A stretch of 61,569 nt of DNA, filler included, from Choristocarpus tenellus KU-1152 (Eukaryota > Protista > Phaeophyceae): the NCBI GenBank assembly GCA_964200185.2. It is 13 parts of 13 records of this genome, joined end to end, with 100 filler letters (N's around TTAATTAATTAA, not from the genome) between each part and the next. Parts side by side here need not be neighbours in the genome. Positions count along the whole stretch, not along the records: positions 1 to 5,717 come from CAXNAD020009924.1; positions 5,818 to 9,004 come from CAXNAD020021682.1; positions 9,105 to 13,971 come from CAXNAD020012730.1; 10 more parts are not named here. One strand, given 5' to 3'. Below the pieces are notes generated by a model. The model was not told the DNA's origin, did no database searches, and worked only from the letters and a program-made list of their open reading frames with translations. Of this stretch, positions 1 to 11,133 are shown piece after piece. The first letter of the stretch is position 1; the number at the start of each line of letters is the position of its first letter. Made by a program: the position numbers and the translations under genes.

Positions 1-3000
1 TGGGTCAAGCCCATCCTCAATGAAAAACTCCATCCTCAATTTTTGAAATCGGCTGTTACAGTAGGTAAAACAAGGAAGAAAATGAGGATTCAGCTCACTG
101 ACCCAAGTCGACGTGTCCTTAGCAGTTCTTGCATTCAATCTTGGTAAGAAGACCCCTACCAACTTCTTATTTGGAGGATAGAAAAGAACATTGATCGACC
201 ATCCATTTGATTGTACCTTTGCTGTCGTCCCAAGAGGGAAAGAAGGGAAGGAAGAAACAACCCTGAGGAAGAGTGCAAGAGGAGATGGGATTGTGTTCTA
301 GAATCCTTTGACTGCTGGTGAATCTATCCACTTCAATGAATGAACACATTTACCATATACTTAAGAGACCTTACCATTTATTTGCTTCGAAAAACAAGAG
401 TGATATATAAAATGCAAGAAATATACGTACATCAAGTGTTTGGCATAGATAAACCTATCTCTGTTTTCCTCTGAAGCAGTTGTTTGGTAGAGTCAATTAC
501 ACAGAGCTCTGGATAGGGAGTAACAACAGAACTGTTGTTGCCGTAGTTTCTGCACAGCATTCATTATATCATTTAACAAATGTTACCATACTTCATTTAA
601 AGATCCCAGCTTGCGCTCATCGTAGACAGACGAACTGCCTTGCTTTCAAGGCTTTCCAAGCAACAATGAGAATAACATTCTCACATCTTTAGTGCCGTGT
701 ACTTTTTTCATAATTCATTATTGCAGTTTCCCGATTCCTGAGCTCAAACAAAATATGGTACGGACAAGCAGAGGCACAACTGAGGTCATCAATGAACACT
801 TACTTTACTCTTCCAAAATTAGTTGTGCTTTACCTTCCGCCCAGAGGGTAAATTGTGAGGGGGAGGGGGGTAAGGATATAAATCTGAAAACATGGCATAA
901 CCTCCTAACCTTCCTGTACATCTTGTCAATTTATCCGCTAAAACCAGTCCGATAAATTCCTGACTACACTGCTGCACTATAAATTTAAATGCTCTTTATA
1001 CACTACTACCACTATAACTTCGGGAACAAGTGGGAAACAATGTCTCTGTAATTCGATGGACTAGCTAGAGTGAACAAATCTCGAACCTCAAACTAAACAA
1101 TCAATCTCAACATTGGGAGGGTAGTTCACACGGTATTTTGGAAACAGGACGACAACTGGGATGTATGTACCCAGAAGGGAAATAAATCTTTCTCTATCTG
1201 TCGAAGGGACTGCAGTAGAATAAACGTATAAATCCCAACCCAAACTCAAAACCCTCAGACGGACCAAGGGAAGAAAAGGTTGTAAACCGAATGCATCACA
1301 GTGGCTCGATACACTTACGACACACATGTAAGCAACTCTACTGCTGCAAAAAGCTGCATAGAGTATCATGACCCGCACCCATCAATGTTGGCAAGGCCAT
1401 TACACCTCCATAACAAATCAGAATCTCTCACACAACAAGCAACTTGCGATTGTGGATCTAATCCCCCCGCAAATTCCTATCCTTCAATCAACTATCTAAC
1501 GTGATATGAAAGGGGAGCAGGCAGGGAATAGAGCACCTCACTAGCACTTGTACATTTTATGTGTATATGATGCACGTGTGTGCTACATATATACCTGCAG
1601 ACCTGATTAACGCTATTCTGACCCTGCAACAACTATCACAATATACTTTGGATAAAAACGCCCAACCGTAAAATAAATTCAGAGTCAATCTTCCAGGGGG
1701 GCTATACATCACTACCCGTGGCCATAAAAGTCAAGAAAATTCCCCCCTCATGGTGTTCAATCTAGAGGGGTCTCTTACCCCTGGCATATTTAGTCAGCTC
1801 CTCCCTATCCAACCAACTGTGGACCCACCAGTATACATCACCTAGGGGCTAAGACCGCTAGGGGGGTAACAGTGACAACACACACCAACATGAACTTGGT
1901 CAGGCACTATTAGTCATCCCTGAAACATCCATCGGATCTCCATCCGATTTTGGCTGAATTCTTTCCATCATCAGCTCTGACGCATCTACCCCAGGAGGAT
2001 CAATAGCCTCCAAGGAGACCCGACCCTCCCCCGACCAAACACAATCATAACTAGCTCCTATACTTGATGCAACAGTCGCCACTTCGCCTGGCGATTCAGC
2101 ATTGTTAGTTACAGCAAGACTGTCAGCTAGGTCCCCACGATGATAGTTATGGAGGGAGACCGTTGTCTGACCGTAAAGGATGTCCTCATACTCCGACAGT
2201 TTCTGCAAGAAAAATTTATCTGGGTGGCACTGTTCAGCAACGTCGTGGAGAAAGGAGGAAAAATTTGGGAAGGCAATGGGGTGTCCTGAGTTGAGGAGGG
2301 AGTCAAGCGTGGCGCACCATGCATGCAATGCCATCATTTCGTATAGGAACAGTGAATTGAAGACCGCGACAAATGAAGACATTTGAACACACACTTCGCA
2401 GTTTTTGCCATGCCGAAACGAAGCAGCGTGTAGAGATTGATGGGGAGTAAGTAGTCTACCATTCGCAGAAGGTAGATTGTCATCAGAATTCCACTAGAAT
2501 CAGGGACCCCTAAGCTGTCAATGTAATTTCATCATATCTGACGAACTCTTGGAGCAGTGAAGTCACCAATCCAGTCGCCTGTACACTACACTCTTCTAGT
2601 TGCTTATCATACCACTGAACACAATATCACACACTGATGTGCTATCTAGTACAGATATTTCCCTGACTAGTACACCGCTTGGACATTACATTTGCTCCTA
2701 TCAAGAGCCCGTTACTATTAGTAACCACTAGCTCGTCAGCTTGGACAAGCCTGACCCATCATCTCGAGGTTCAACAACTACTCTATGCAACAGCACTACC
2801 TCTGTGCATGTCTTCCTCTTCATTAGTTGGGTTCAGTCATTCCATCGACCATCGACCAACTCTCCTGGCAATGTGTAGCATTGGAACTACGACCACCATG
2901 TTTTCGTGAGGAAGAAAACTTCCACAACAAGGTACACTACTAAGGTACCATCCACAAAAATATTTCTGGATGAGAGAAATTTCTGCACGATCAAAAATAG

Positions 3001-3683
3001 AAAGCGCTAACTGTTCTTCAGAGGAACTATTATCATCAACCAGATGATACGTAGAGGCCTGTCAGGGTTGGAATGAGAACCTGTAATCTCTTGGATTGAT
3101 GTGGTAAGCAATTGTGGCAAAGAAACATTTGTAAGTAGACTGCTGCCAACATCTGCGAAACAGTATATACTGTGCCTACAACCTAAGTAAAAGATGCAGG
3201 TCATGAAGTCAAGAGTGATAAAAACGCCACAACTGAAGAGGTACGCAAGTACTCCAATGAGCAGGTAAATGACTTCAAGAATGGCACAACTCTACAGGCT
3301 ATTCCACTACAGTAGAGTGAACAAACAAGTGAGTATTGTACTCCTTAACACACAGGCATTAAATCCAATTGCAAACCGTGAAACAAGTCAAGCACCCTCC
3401 TCCCCTCCAAAATACTCCAAATCTCCCATAATGGTTCCTGTCCATCAGCAAGCACAACGGCAATGACAATCCAAACTAACCCCCGCGACACAATGAACAC
3501 TACCCACAAAGCTTTTACAGGCCTTCTCAATCTCACATACAAGAGTTCCTGTCCCTCCAGGCAGCGATGACCGTCCCTTCACCTAGATCATTCCCTCCAC
3601 ACATAAAAAGTTCAAAATGCCCCTCCAACTACACTTTATCAAGGCATGAAAACAAGCACCCCAATGCTGCACCAAAAACCCAC

Positions 3684-5618
3684 CTGCCGACGCTTGCCCT
3701 GACAGAACTCAAGAGCTGCCAGCAACGACATCCCTTCTCCCAGCTGCATAAGGTAGCCCAGGACTAATGAACATGAACGACTGGTGCCCTTCTCACAGTG
3801 AACCAGGCAGCCAGTGCCATTTCGCCGTGCTGCATCTATGTGCATATACGCCTCCTCTAAAAGGCTTGGTTTCATGTCCTGTTCGAGGGGGAGTAAAGAT
3901 TATGAAGGTATATGCGTGGGTTTTCTTGTTGATTGGGAGGGCGTGTTGATGACTTGGTGTGTGTGTGTTTCACTCGTCCTTCACTTGTGCTCACGCCTTC
4001 GCTACATGGTAGAAAGAGGTCAAACAATACATACGTATATTCAGATCACTACTTGTGCAGGAAATAATCTATTGTTGTACTAGGAGTATTTTTCAAGCAA
4101 CTCCCTGGGCCTTCCTCAGATTTCGAACAAACACCAAGAGGTCAACATTAGAGCAAAAGCAACGAGGGTGGGGGATTGATTTTGTCCCTTTTGACTTGGA
4201 AGTCCATGTGCAATACACTCTATGCCCATGACCGAGATGCAGTTAAGCCCCCATTGGAGGGAGTGACCGTACTAGGGAACATTAGAAGTGTGAACACAAT
4301 TGTTGTCCAAAAGCACCCTAACCCTAACCCTAACCCTAACCCTAAAACAAATACACGACAACGCAGTAAAAGGGGACCTCTTACAAGGTAACACTCCACT
4401 CTCATCCTAAAAACTCGCTGACAACCCCCTCTTACAAGGTAACACTCTCACCACGTTTCAACCTCAAATGAAACTTGCAGAAATGTAGTGAGATAAAAGA
4501 ATGAGGCCGGAGCGAGAGCAACATCGTTCACCCTAACCCTAGCTCTGGTGTATATCTTCGATGTCTCAATCTCTCACCATAACATGGTGCCAAGAAGGTG
4601 ACTGCATTCATCATTGTAACCCTAACTCTCGAAACAACAGCGACTGGTTGTATCCACACAGACTCCCTATACAGTTACACATTTGAAATATTACCTGCCC
4701 ACAAAGCTGTTCTTCAACAAAATCGAAAGCCCACACAACAACTTTTCTGTGCCATCTGTCATTTTCTGCGTAACTAAGTTCTTGGCTTGTGCAGTACCAA
4801 GTTTTGCTGGACAATTTTTCAAAAAAAATCAACTATATACTATATTCACAACAGCCGCAACAATCTCCCCCTCCCCCACACAATGTTAGCGCTCTTCCTT
4901 CATGAGACCAGGCAAAATACAAAGGGACCAGTCCGCACTCTGTAACCAGATTGGTCCACGGGCCAACCTGCACACACGATAAACTATACAGAGTTGGCCC
5001 AGTCCGACTACGCTCAATCTAACCACAAAGATTAGACTGAAAGTGGCTGAAGGAATACTAAAAAACGTTTTCATTCCCACAAGTTTTCGAGACATCCCTT
5101 GGGACACACATTTTGAACAGGCTGGTCCAATCCACCTTGACTAGGTCGGTCCTGATCGAAACACCTTTTACCCTTGGCTGTCAACTATTTCAACGTGGGC
5201 AACCTGGTACAAATATGCTCTCACAGTGGCCGTCCCTGTTCATTGACTGCTTTAACATGTACAGGCCACAGACTGACCCGTAGCCATGGCCAAGACCCCA
5301 GTCACGCCAACTGTCGAGATTAATGAAAAGTCTAGAATTTCTTGACCAATCAATATGTCGTCACCATTTGTTAAGAGCCTATCCTTATTCATGCCCCATG
5401 CAACCCTCCTGTCCTCTCACCTGCCCACTCTCATCAGCCCAGCTGACACGGTGATACTGAAAGTCATAGGGGTAGAAGTTCTGTAGTCCTGCTGTGCAGT
5501 TGATGATGTGGGTCACCCCCTCACGCTTCAACGACAGCCTGTCCCCTGTCACCTCCTGCCCTCCTAACCACAGGTGTTCCAGGACCTGAGTTGCCTTGGT
5601 GAGACCACCGGCACGAAC
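3684..5618 (-). CDS. Dual-specificity protein phosphatase (DSPc domain), partial, 2 exons
   Basis: AG/GT-bounded phase-0 exons at 5618-5421 (VRAGGLTKATQVLEHLWLGGQEVTGDRLSLKREGVTHIINCTAGLQNFYPYDFQYHRVSWADESGQ) and 3878-3684 (DMKPSLLEEAYMHIDAARRNGTGCLVHCEKGTSRSCSLVLGYLMQ...). They carry the LWLG, GVTHIINC and catalytic VHCxxGxSRS motifs. Flanking exons were not located. Confidence 0.92.
4316..4345. repeat. Interstitial telomere-like repeat (CCCTAA)5 in the phosphatase intron
   Basis: Five perfect CCCTAA units. Confidence 0.9.
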
Positions 5619-5717
5619 CTGTTGAGCGGGGGGGTGGGGGCGGGGGTGGGGGTGGGGGCAGGGGGCAGGGGGCAGGGGGAGGCTCAGACGTTGCAGTTCA
5701 TGTATTGGCGGCGGGTA

Positions 5718-5817
5718 NNNNNNNNNNNNNNNNNNNNNNNNNNNNNNNNNNNNNNNNNNNNTTAATTAATTAANNNNNNNNNNNNNNNNNNNNNNNNNNN
5801 NNNNNNNNNNNNNNNNN
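5718..5817. other. Artificial contig spacer (first of 12)
   Basis: N44-TTAATTAATTAA-N44 linker with stops in all six frames. Identical spacers lie at 9005-9104, 13972-14071, 19637-19736, 26751-26850, 31948-32047, 36193-36292, 39591-39690, 43290-43389, 48006-48105, 55270-55369 and 58499-58598. Confidence 0.98.
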
Positions 5818-6536
5818 GCTTGTTACCTTGGCTGGCAAGGGTTTCTGTGGATGGTTTTAACTCTGAATATATTACATCCAGGTGTGCATCAGGTACATTT
5901 ATTGCAGAGCGAGCTTGGTGCATTATGAGGGATCAATGACAACCAAGAAAGAAACAATAATCAACAATTAACGTACAACTGTCATCTTCTGGTGATACGG
6001 AGAAGAAAGAGAGAGAAAACGAAGGATGAAGAGGAGAACACGCGAAGAAGAGAACACGCGAAGAAGAGAACAAACTTGAATCAATATGTGATGCAACTCA
6101 AGTGACACGTACTATTCTCGTGTGTAGAATGCAAAGCGACTGTTCTGTACTGCGGCGTTCTGATGGTAATTGATGCGGTGATGATGAACTAGTGACAATA
6201 ACTACCATTGCGTAACAGACCAATCAACATTCAGTGTTGACTGGTAGGAACTGTATCTTATCCTCAGGGAAAAAACAGATGAGTAGCCTATGTTTCAACA
6301 CTGTCCTTCTTCATCCTAACAATCAGGGCCGAAAATAGGAGTTAATGTTGGAGTAAGTGATGGAGGCCGTTTGTAGTGTTTTTGGTGTTATGTTTCATTT
6401 TTTGTGGAGCGTTACGGATACGGTATTCTGCGTTCAGCCCGTGTCGAAGATATATTTTTTACGTAGATATCGGGATTATGGGTTCGAACCCTGACCAACG
6501 AAAACCTTTTCTGTTGGGGTTGACACCCTCACTTGC

Positions 6537-7019
6537 CTAGTGGGGGATGGAGCAGAGGACTGTAGGTCGTGTGTGTCGGAAGTGGGAGATGACTCTCCAA
6601 CACCACGTACAGGATGTAGCACCGAAACGCTCCCTATTGCGGATGAATTCTGTGCGTTTCATTGCCGAAGATCTGAGGGTCTCGATGTTGATGTTGTATT
6701 TCTTGGTCATGTTGGACAGACTGGGTTGGTACGTGGACGTAACCCCGTCGTTGAGTAGTTTCAAATCGGGAGCAATGCCCTCGAGGATTGAGTTGTAGAC
6801 TTGGCGAGTGTGCTCCGTGTTAAGATCTTTCTTCATCGATTCAAGGAAGGTCCTGACCTGCATGTCGTTGCGGTCGTGTATATCATTTGACAGTAACTCC
6901 TGGAGCACCCTCGCCAAGGGCACAAACTTCATATCCTCATCCAAAAACCAAGCATCGAGCTCCTTCCAAGTGTACCTGTCTCCTTCTCCCTCGTTCTGTC
7001 CATATTGATCGACAAGCAT
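6537..7019 (-). CDS. Orphan ORF or exon, unknown function
   Basis: 160-aa open frame with protein-like composition (RYTWKELDAWFLDEDMKFVPLARVLQELL...). No motif recognised; the start is uncertain. Confidence 0.45.
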   Translation of the reverse strand: MLVDQYGQNEGEGDRYTWKELDAWFLDEDMKFVPLARVLQELLSNDIHDRNDMQVRTFLESMKKDLNTEHTRQVYNSILEGIAPDLKLLNDGVTSTYQPSLSNMTKKYNINIETLRSSAMKRTEFIRNRERFGATSCTWCWRVISHFRHTRPTVLCSIPH

Positions 7020-7727
7020 GGAGTAGAAAATAGCTGAAGGATTTTATCAGTCTTGGATTTGTTCCAAGATGTAAGAGTACTGCTATTGGTTGGTCTCACA
7101 ACTCCCCACTTCCTGAGAAGGATGTATGAGAGTTGAGCGAGTACGTTGTCTGGTCCTGATGTCGTTTGCGGTTTGGGTATGCAAGAGTTTGAGAGTGAGC
7201 GCGGTGCCATATCTACCAATTGAGGAGGACACAGGAACCGTACGCACATTGTGTGATACTTCATCTATCTTGTTTTGATCGGGATTGGATGGACATGACG
7301 AATTTTACACGGGGTAAGGATGTGCACGACGAACCGCCAAAAATAGCGTTGGTGTAGACCTTGAAAAGGTGTGCACTCCGTCACCATACACCATAGAGTC
7401 ATAGTAATAATTTATTTGATGCGTTTGATGATACGTAATTTAGCTATGAGGAAACATTGTGTGCGATATTTCGTTTAAAGTAAGAGAGCCATGTTCAGGA
7501 TTTTTGAAATGTCATTGACCAACACAAAGTAGGTTATCTACCCTCAAATATATTTCAGGTAGATGGGTAAACATACTCGAATCGTGATCTGTCAATCGAC
7601 GGGAGGAAGGGATGTATTGTGTACGTGTTTGACGATTAACAAATAATATTTAATCTGCCGATTAAGTTGGAGGCTCGTGTGGATTGTTGTGCGGTTGGTG
7701 TAGAAAGGTTAGAGGTGTAGTTGATGG

Positions 7728-8017
7728 AGGGTTAGGGATATCTGTTGTGGGGTTAGGGTTAGGGTTTTGTTAAAAGGAATTAAGTCGTTCCGAAATGATG
7801 AATGTTGATGGTCGAGGTCGTAACCATACCGATTGGATGCCTATGCCGCACGAATAGGGATATCTTTCTGGGTGTCCAACTTTGGTTCAGTATTGTTGGT
7901 TTATCCCTAACCCTAACCCTAAGTGTGAGTGGTTGCGCAGGGATCATCTAACCCTAACCCTAACCCTAACCCTAACCCTATCGATTTCTTTTTTATGTAA
8001 GGCTTTAGGGTTAGGGA
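7728..8017. repeat. Cluster of telomere-like repeats in both orientations
   Basis: TTAGGG runs at about 7728-7765 and 8005-8017; CCCTAA runs at about 7905-7922 and 7948-7980. Confidence 0.85.
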
Positions 8018-8786
8018 GGACATACATCGAATGTTACGCAGGGATATGGCGTGTCAACGATATCTATTTTGAATATATTGGTTCAACATCGTATAGTACG
8101 GGATAATAAATCCTTCTCTTTTTTCGTATGCATTATTTGACTGATGATTGCCGTATTTTCCAGGAGGTCTCCATTTTATGGCCGTATGTGAAGTGGTGAT
8201 GGGGGGTGAGCCCTACCTTTTGGGTATTGCAGGACAGGTACCTTGAGAGCCAGCGGTTGAACCCCTGTGTTGGTAACGTCTTGTAATGGCCGTGGGGTGT
8301 CCATCCCACCTGTGAGGTGTGATGGTTCTCGTCCTTCCCGTGAATAGCACTGGAAATTTGCTTAGATGTTTGGCCTTGCTTGCTTGCTCGTTGTGTGTGA
8401 GTGAATGAGGGAAATGGCTCAAGGTGGGGCGAGTTTAATGGGCGGTTTCTTGTGAATCGTGAGAGTCTGTGGCGGCGTGGTTCACTCAGGCAAGGGTGAT
8501 GAAGAGAATCACCGGGCAAGACGGACCACACGAACAAGCACGAACCGTGACCAAGGTTACGAGGTTAAGATTTGGACAAGTGCAAAACTTAGGAGGGACG
8601 AACACCATCAAAGGTGGGGCTTCATCACCATCAGTCAAGACGTGAGAACAAAGTGGATCTTTCATTGTGACAACTCTGAATGACGAGCTGTCCCAGGTCT
8701 ATGGGATTGGGGACATGAAGAGAATTCCATGGTTTCATTCTATCGGAAAGGTCTGTCAGTGAAATCATGGACTCTTGACTGGTAAC

Positions 8787-8970
8787 GACCCAAAGTATCT
8801 GGGGGGGGGGAGGGGGTCTACACCAGGGTGTCTATTTGATCCATAACCAGGAAAATTGCACTTACATTTATCGATCCAACGTATGCAACCAAATCACCCA
8901 AAAATCGCGACATAAAATAATTGGCCCCAAATGGACAGCCACCACCCCCCGCCCCCAGATACTTTGAGCC
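8787..8970. mobile_element. MITE family B, full length
   Basis: GACCCAAAGTATCTGGGGG...CCCCCAGATACTTTGAGCC terminal inverted repeats. Flanks TAAC/AACC are an imperfect TSD. The body matches other B copies. Confidence 0.9.
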
Positions 8971-9104
8971 AACCTCAATCGGTACCACGGTATAACGGTA
9001 TATGNNNNNNNNNNNNNNNNNNNNNNNNNNNNNNNNNNNNNNNNNNNNTTAATTAATTAANNNNNNNNNNNNNNNNNNNNNNNNNNNNNNNNNNNNNNNN
9101 NNNN

Positions 9105-9129
9105 CCCCTCCCCCTAGATACTTTGGTGC
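9105..9129. mobile_element. MITE family B terminus at contig start
   Basis: CCCCTCCCCCTAGATACTTTGG matches the B terminus. Confidence 0.65.
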
Positions 9130-9648
9130 TGGGGGCTGATGTGCTCTGCTGACCCTGGTGTGGTGTTATTTTTGGAAGTTTGGATCTGTTGAGGTCATCT
9201 TAGCTCCATTCTTGGTGGCAGGGCTCAGATATTACTTGTTCAACCATTGGGAAAACATTATTTGTCCACTTTCTGGAACATGTGACTATTCCATGCCCAT
9301 ACATCCTGATAATGCACTTACTACGGTGTAACAGAGAGGAAATATCTTGTGTACATTTCTTACACCTTTGTCTCTTTTGCAAACTACTACTTGTGTACAT
9401 TTCTTACACCACTGGCTTCCCAGCCCACTACTACTACACCACCAATGCTTGTGGCAACCCAACCTTCACATAATCCATCATCAGGGTGATGTATGCTATG
9501 GTTTTTACTTAGAAGTACCTAGCATGAAAAGGCGCATGTGGAAACGATTGAATCTTGCTTCTCACAGTTGTTGAGTGGCAGTCTGTTTCCTCAATTGAGG
9601 TATACCTTTTCTTGGTGGGAAACTCCTCAAGTTTTTCAGGCATGATCT

Positions 9649-9908
9649 GAGTGAAAGTATCTTAGAGGGTAGGGCCGCGTCCGTTTGGGGGCCAAAACCC
9701 AATGTTGTGATTTTGATGTAATCTTGGCTATCGTGTTAGTTAGGAAGTATCAATATCCTTGTTTCAGACACACCTTTTCATAATGTATACATTTTACCTA
9801 CTCCAAAACATTTCGGAGTAGGAAAATGTCATTAAAAAAAGATATCGGAAGCCAAGCCCCAAATGGACAAACAAGGCAAACCTCGTACCCTCTAAGATAC
9901 TTTCACTC
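9649..9908. mobile_element. MITE family A, full length, TSD ATCT
   Basis: GAGTGAAAGTATCTTAGAGGGTA...TACCCTCTAAGATACTTTCACTC perfect 23-bp TIR, with ATCT on both sides. Confidence 0.95.
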
Positions 9909-10412
9909 ATCTCCACTTGTTGGTGTGGTGTGCCTGGTTCAAATCAAGGGCAGGTAATAAAAGGCACACTTCAGGACATCAAGTCTAATGGGATTCGAAG
10001 GCAGTGCTGCTGAGGTACTACTGGGAAGTATAGTTGTTACTTCAAATCATTTTCTAGTAGTGACAATCCTTTGGTAGGACCAAGTACATAAAGGCATATA
10101 TCTGCTTTCCCTTCTGCCACTACCCTTCTGTAGTGCTTACAACACACTGACTATGACTGGATGTAGGTATACTTGACAGGTAGCACACTACATATCAACC
10201 ATGTGCTTGGTTTGCGTGGTTTCCATTGTTCTATTTCCCTGAGATACCCTTCAAGTACAACAAAACCAACTCATCAGTCCCTGTGGGTGACTTTCCCTTG
10301 ACTCCTTGGGACAGTGCACCTATATTTTGAGTTCTACTGCAGTCAATAGCATGAATTGGTTAAATAGATCTGCCTTTATAAAACGGCCAGAGTCGTCCTA
10401 TCTTAGAGGGAT

Positions 10413-10590
10413 CCCTTGAAGTATCTAGGGGTACGTGGTGGCTGTCCATTTGGGGCCCATTTTTCCTTGTCACGATTTTGCGTGAATTTGGTTGCATGCC
10501 TCGGATGGATAATTCAAGTGCACTTCTCCTGGTCAGGGCCCAGGTGGACACCCTGGTGTAGACTCCCCTCACCTCCAGATACTTTGAGTC
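10413..10590. mobile_element. MITE family B, diverged full-length copy
   Basis: TGAAGTATCTAGGGG...CTCCAGATACTTTGAGTC; the body (GTCCATTTGGGGCCC, TTTGGTTGCAT, GGACACCCTGGTGTAGAC) matches other B copies in reverse orientation. Confidence 0.85.
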
Positions 10591-11133
10591 GGCGTTTGTA
10601 TAGACTCTTTGAGTATTTAGGGCTTTCTAAACCTTCTGCCTGACAGCTCATTGCCATATCTGAATTGCCATCAATCCCCTGAAGAGGCTGTGGCTGTAGG
10701 AGAAAAGGTGATCGTTCACCCACAAGAGCACGAATTTGCCCTCCACAGTGCTAGAAGCACATGTACTGCAAGGAGTTCACAGGAGGCCCGGATACTCGCC
10801 ATCACCCCCCTCTAAGACAGGATGTTAGCCTGTGGCCTTCATCAGAGTAGAGTTGGAAGTTTCAATAAAAAATGACAAAGCACAGCCCAGTGGCAAGGCT
10901 CCACTCTCCAACACCAAATGATTTATCTAGGTGGGTATTAACTAAAACTTTACAGTGCAAACAAATATTCCTGCTGTTGACATGACAAGACATTTGTGAA
11001 CATGCTCGCAATGACGAGGATATCCCTGCTGTTGACATGAACTGGCTTCACAAGGCAGCTTTGTTGACAACTTTTCCAGGTCCATGATGGACTCATACAC
11101 TCTAGCCCGTCCTCCATTTCGATTCGCTCTTAG

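Noticed and set aside
1900-2394. 164-aa ORF as a gene (also ORFs at 38645-39219 and 59747-60675)
   Set aside because: No recognisable motif or splice-consistent partner; possibly TE debris, but not supportable by eye.
5574-5765. ORFs running into X stretches or ending in LIN
   Set aside because: Artefacts of the N/TTAATTAATTAA linker.
6440-6500. tRNA or SINE suggested by GGTTCGAACCC (similar B-box-like words near 9937 and 25076)
   Set aside because: No A box, acceptor stem or cloverleaf could be built.
7905-7980. True telomere
   Set aside because: The tracts are short, internal and in mixed orientation.
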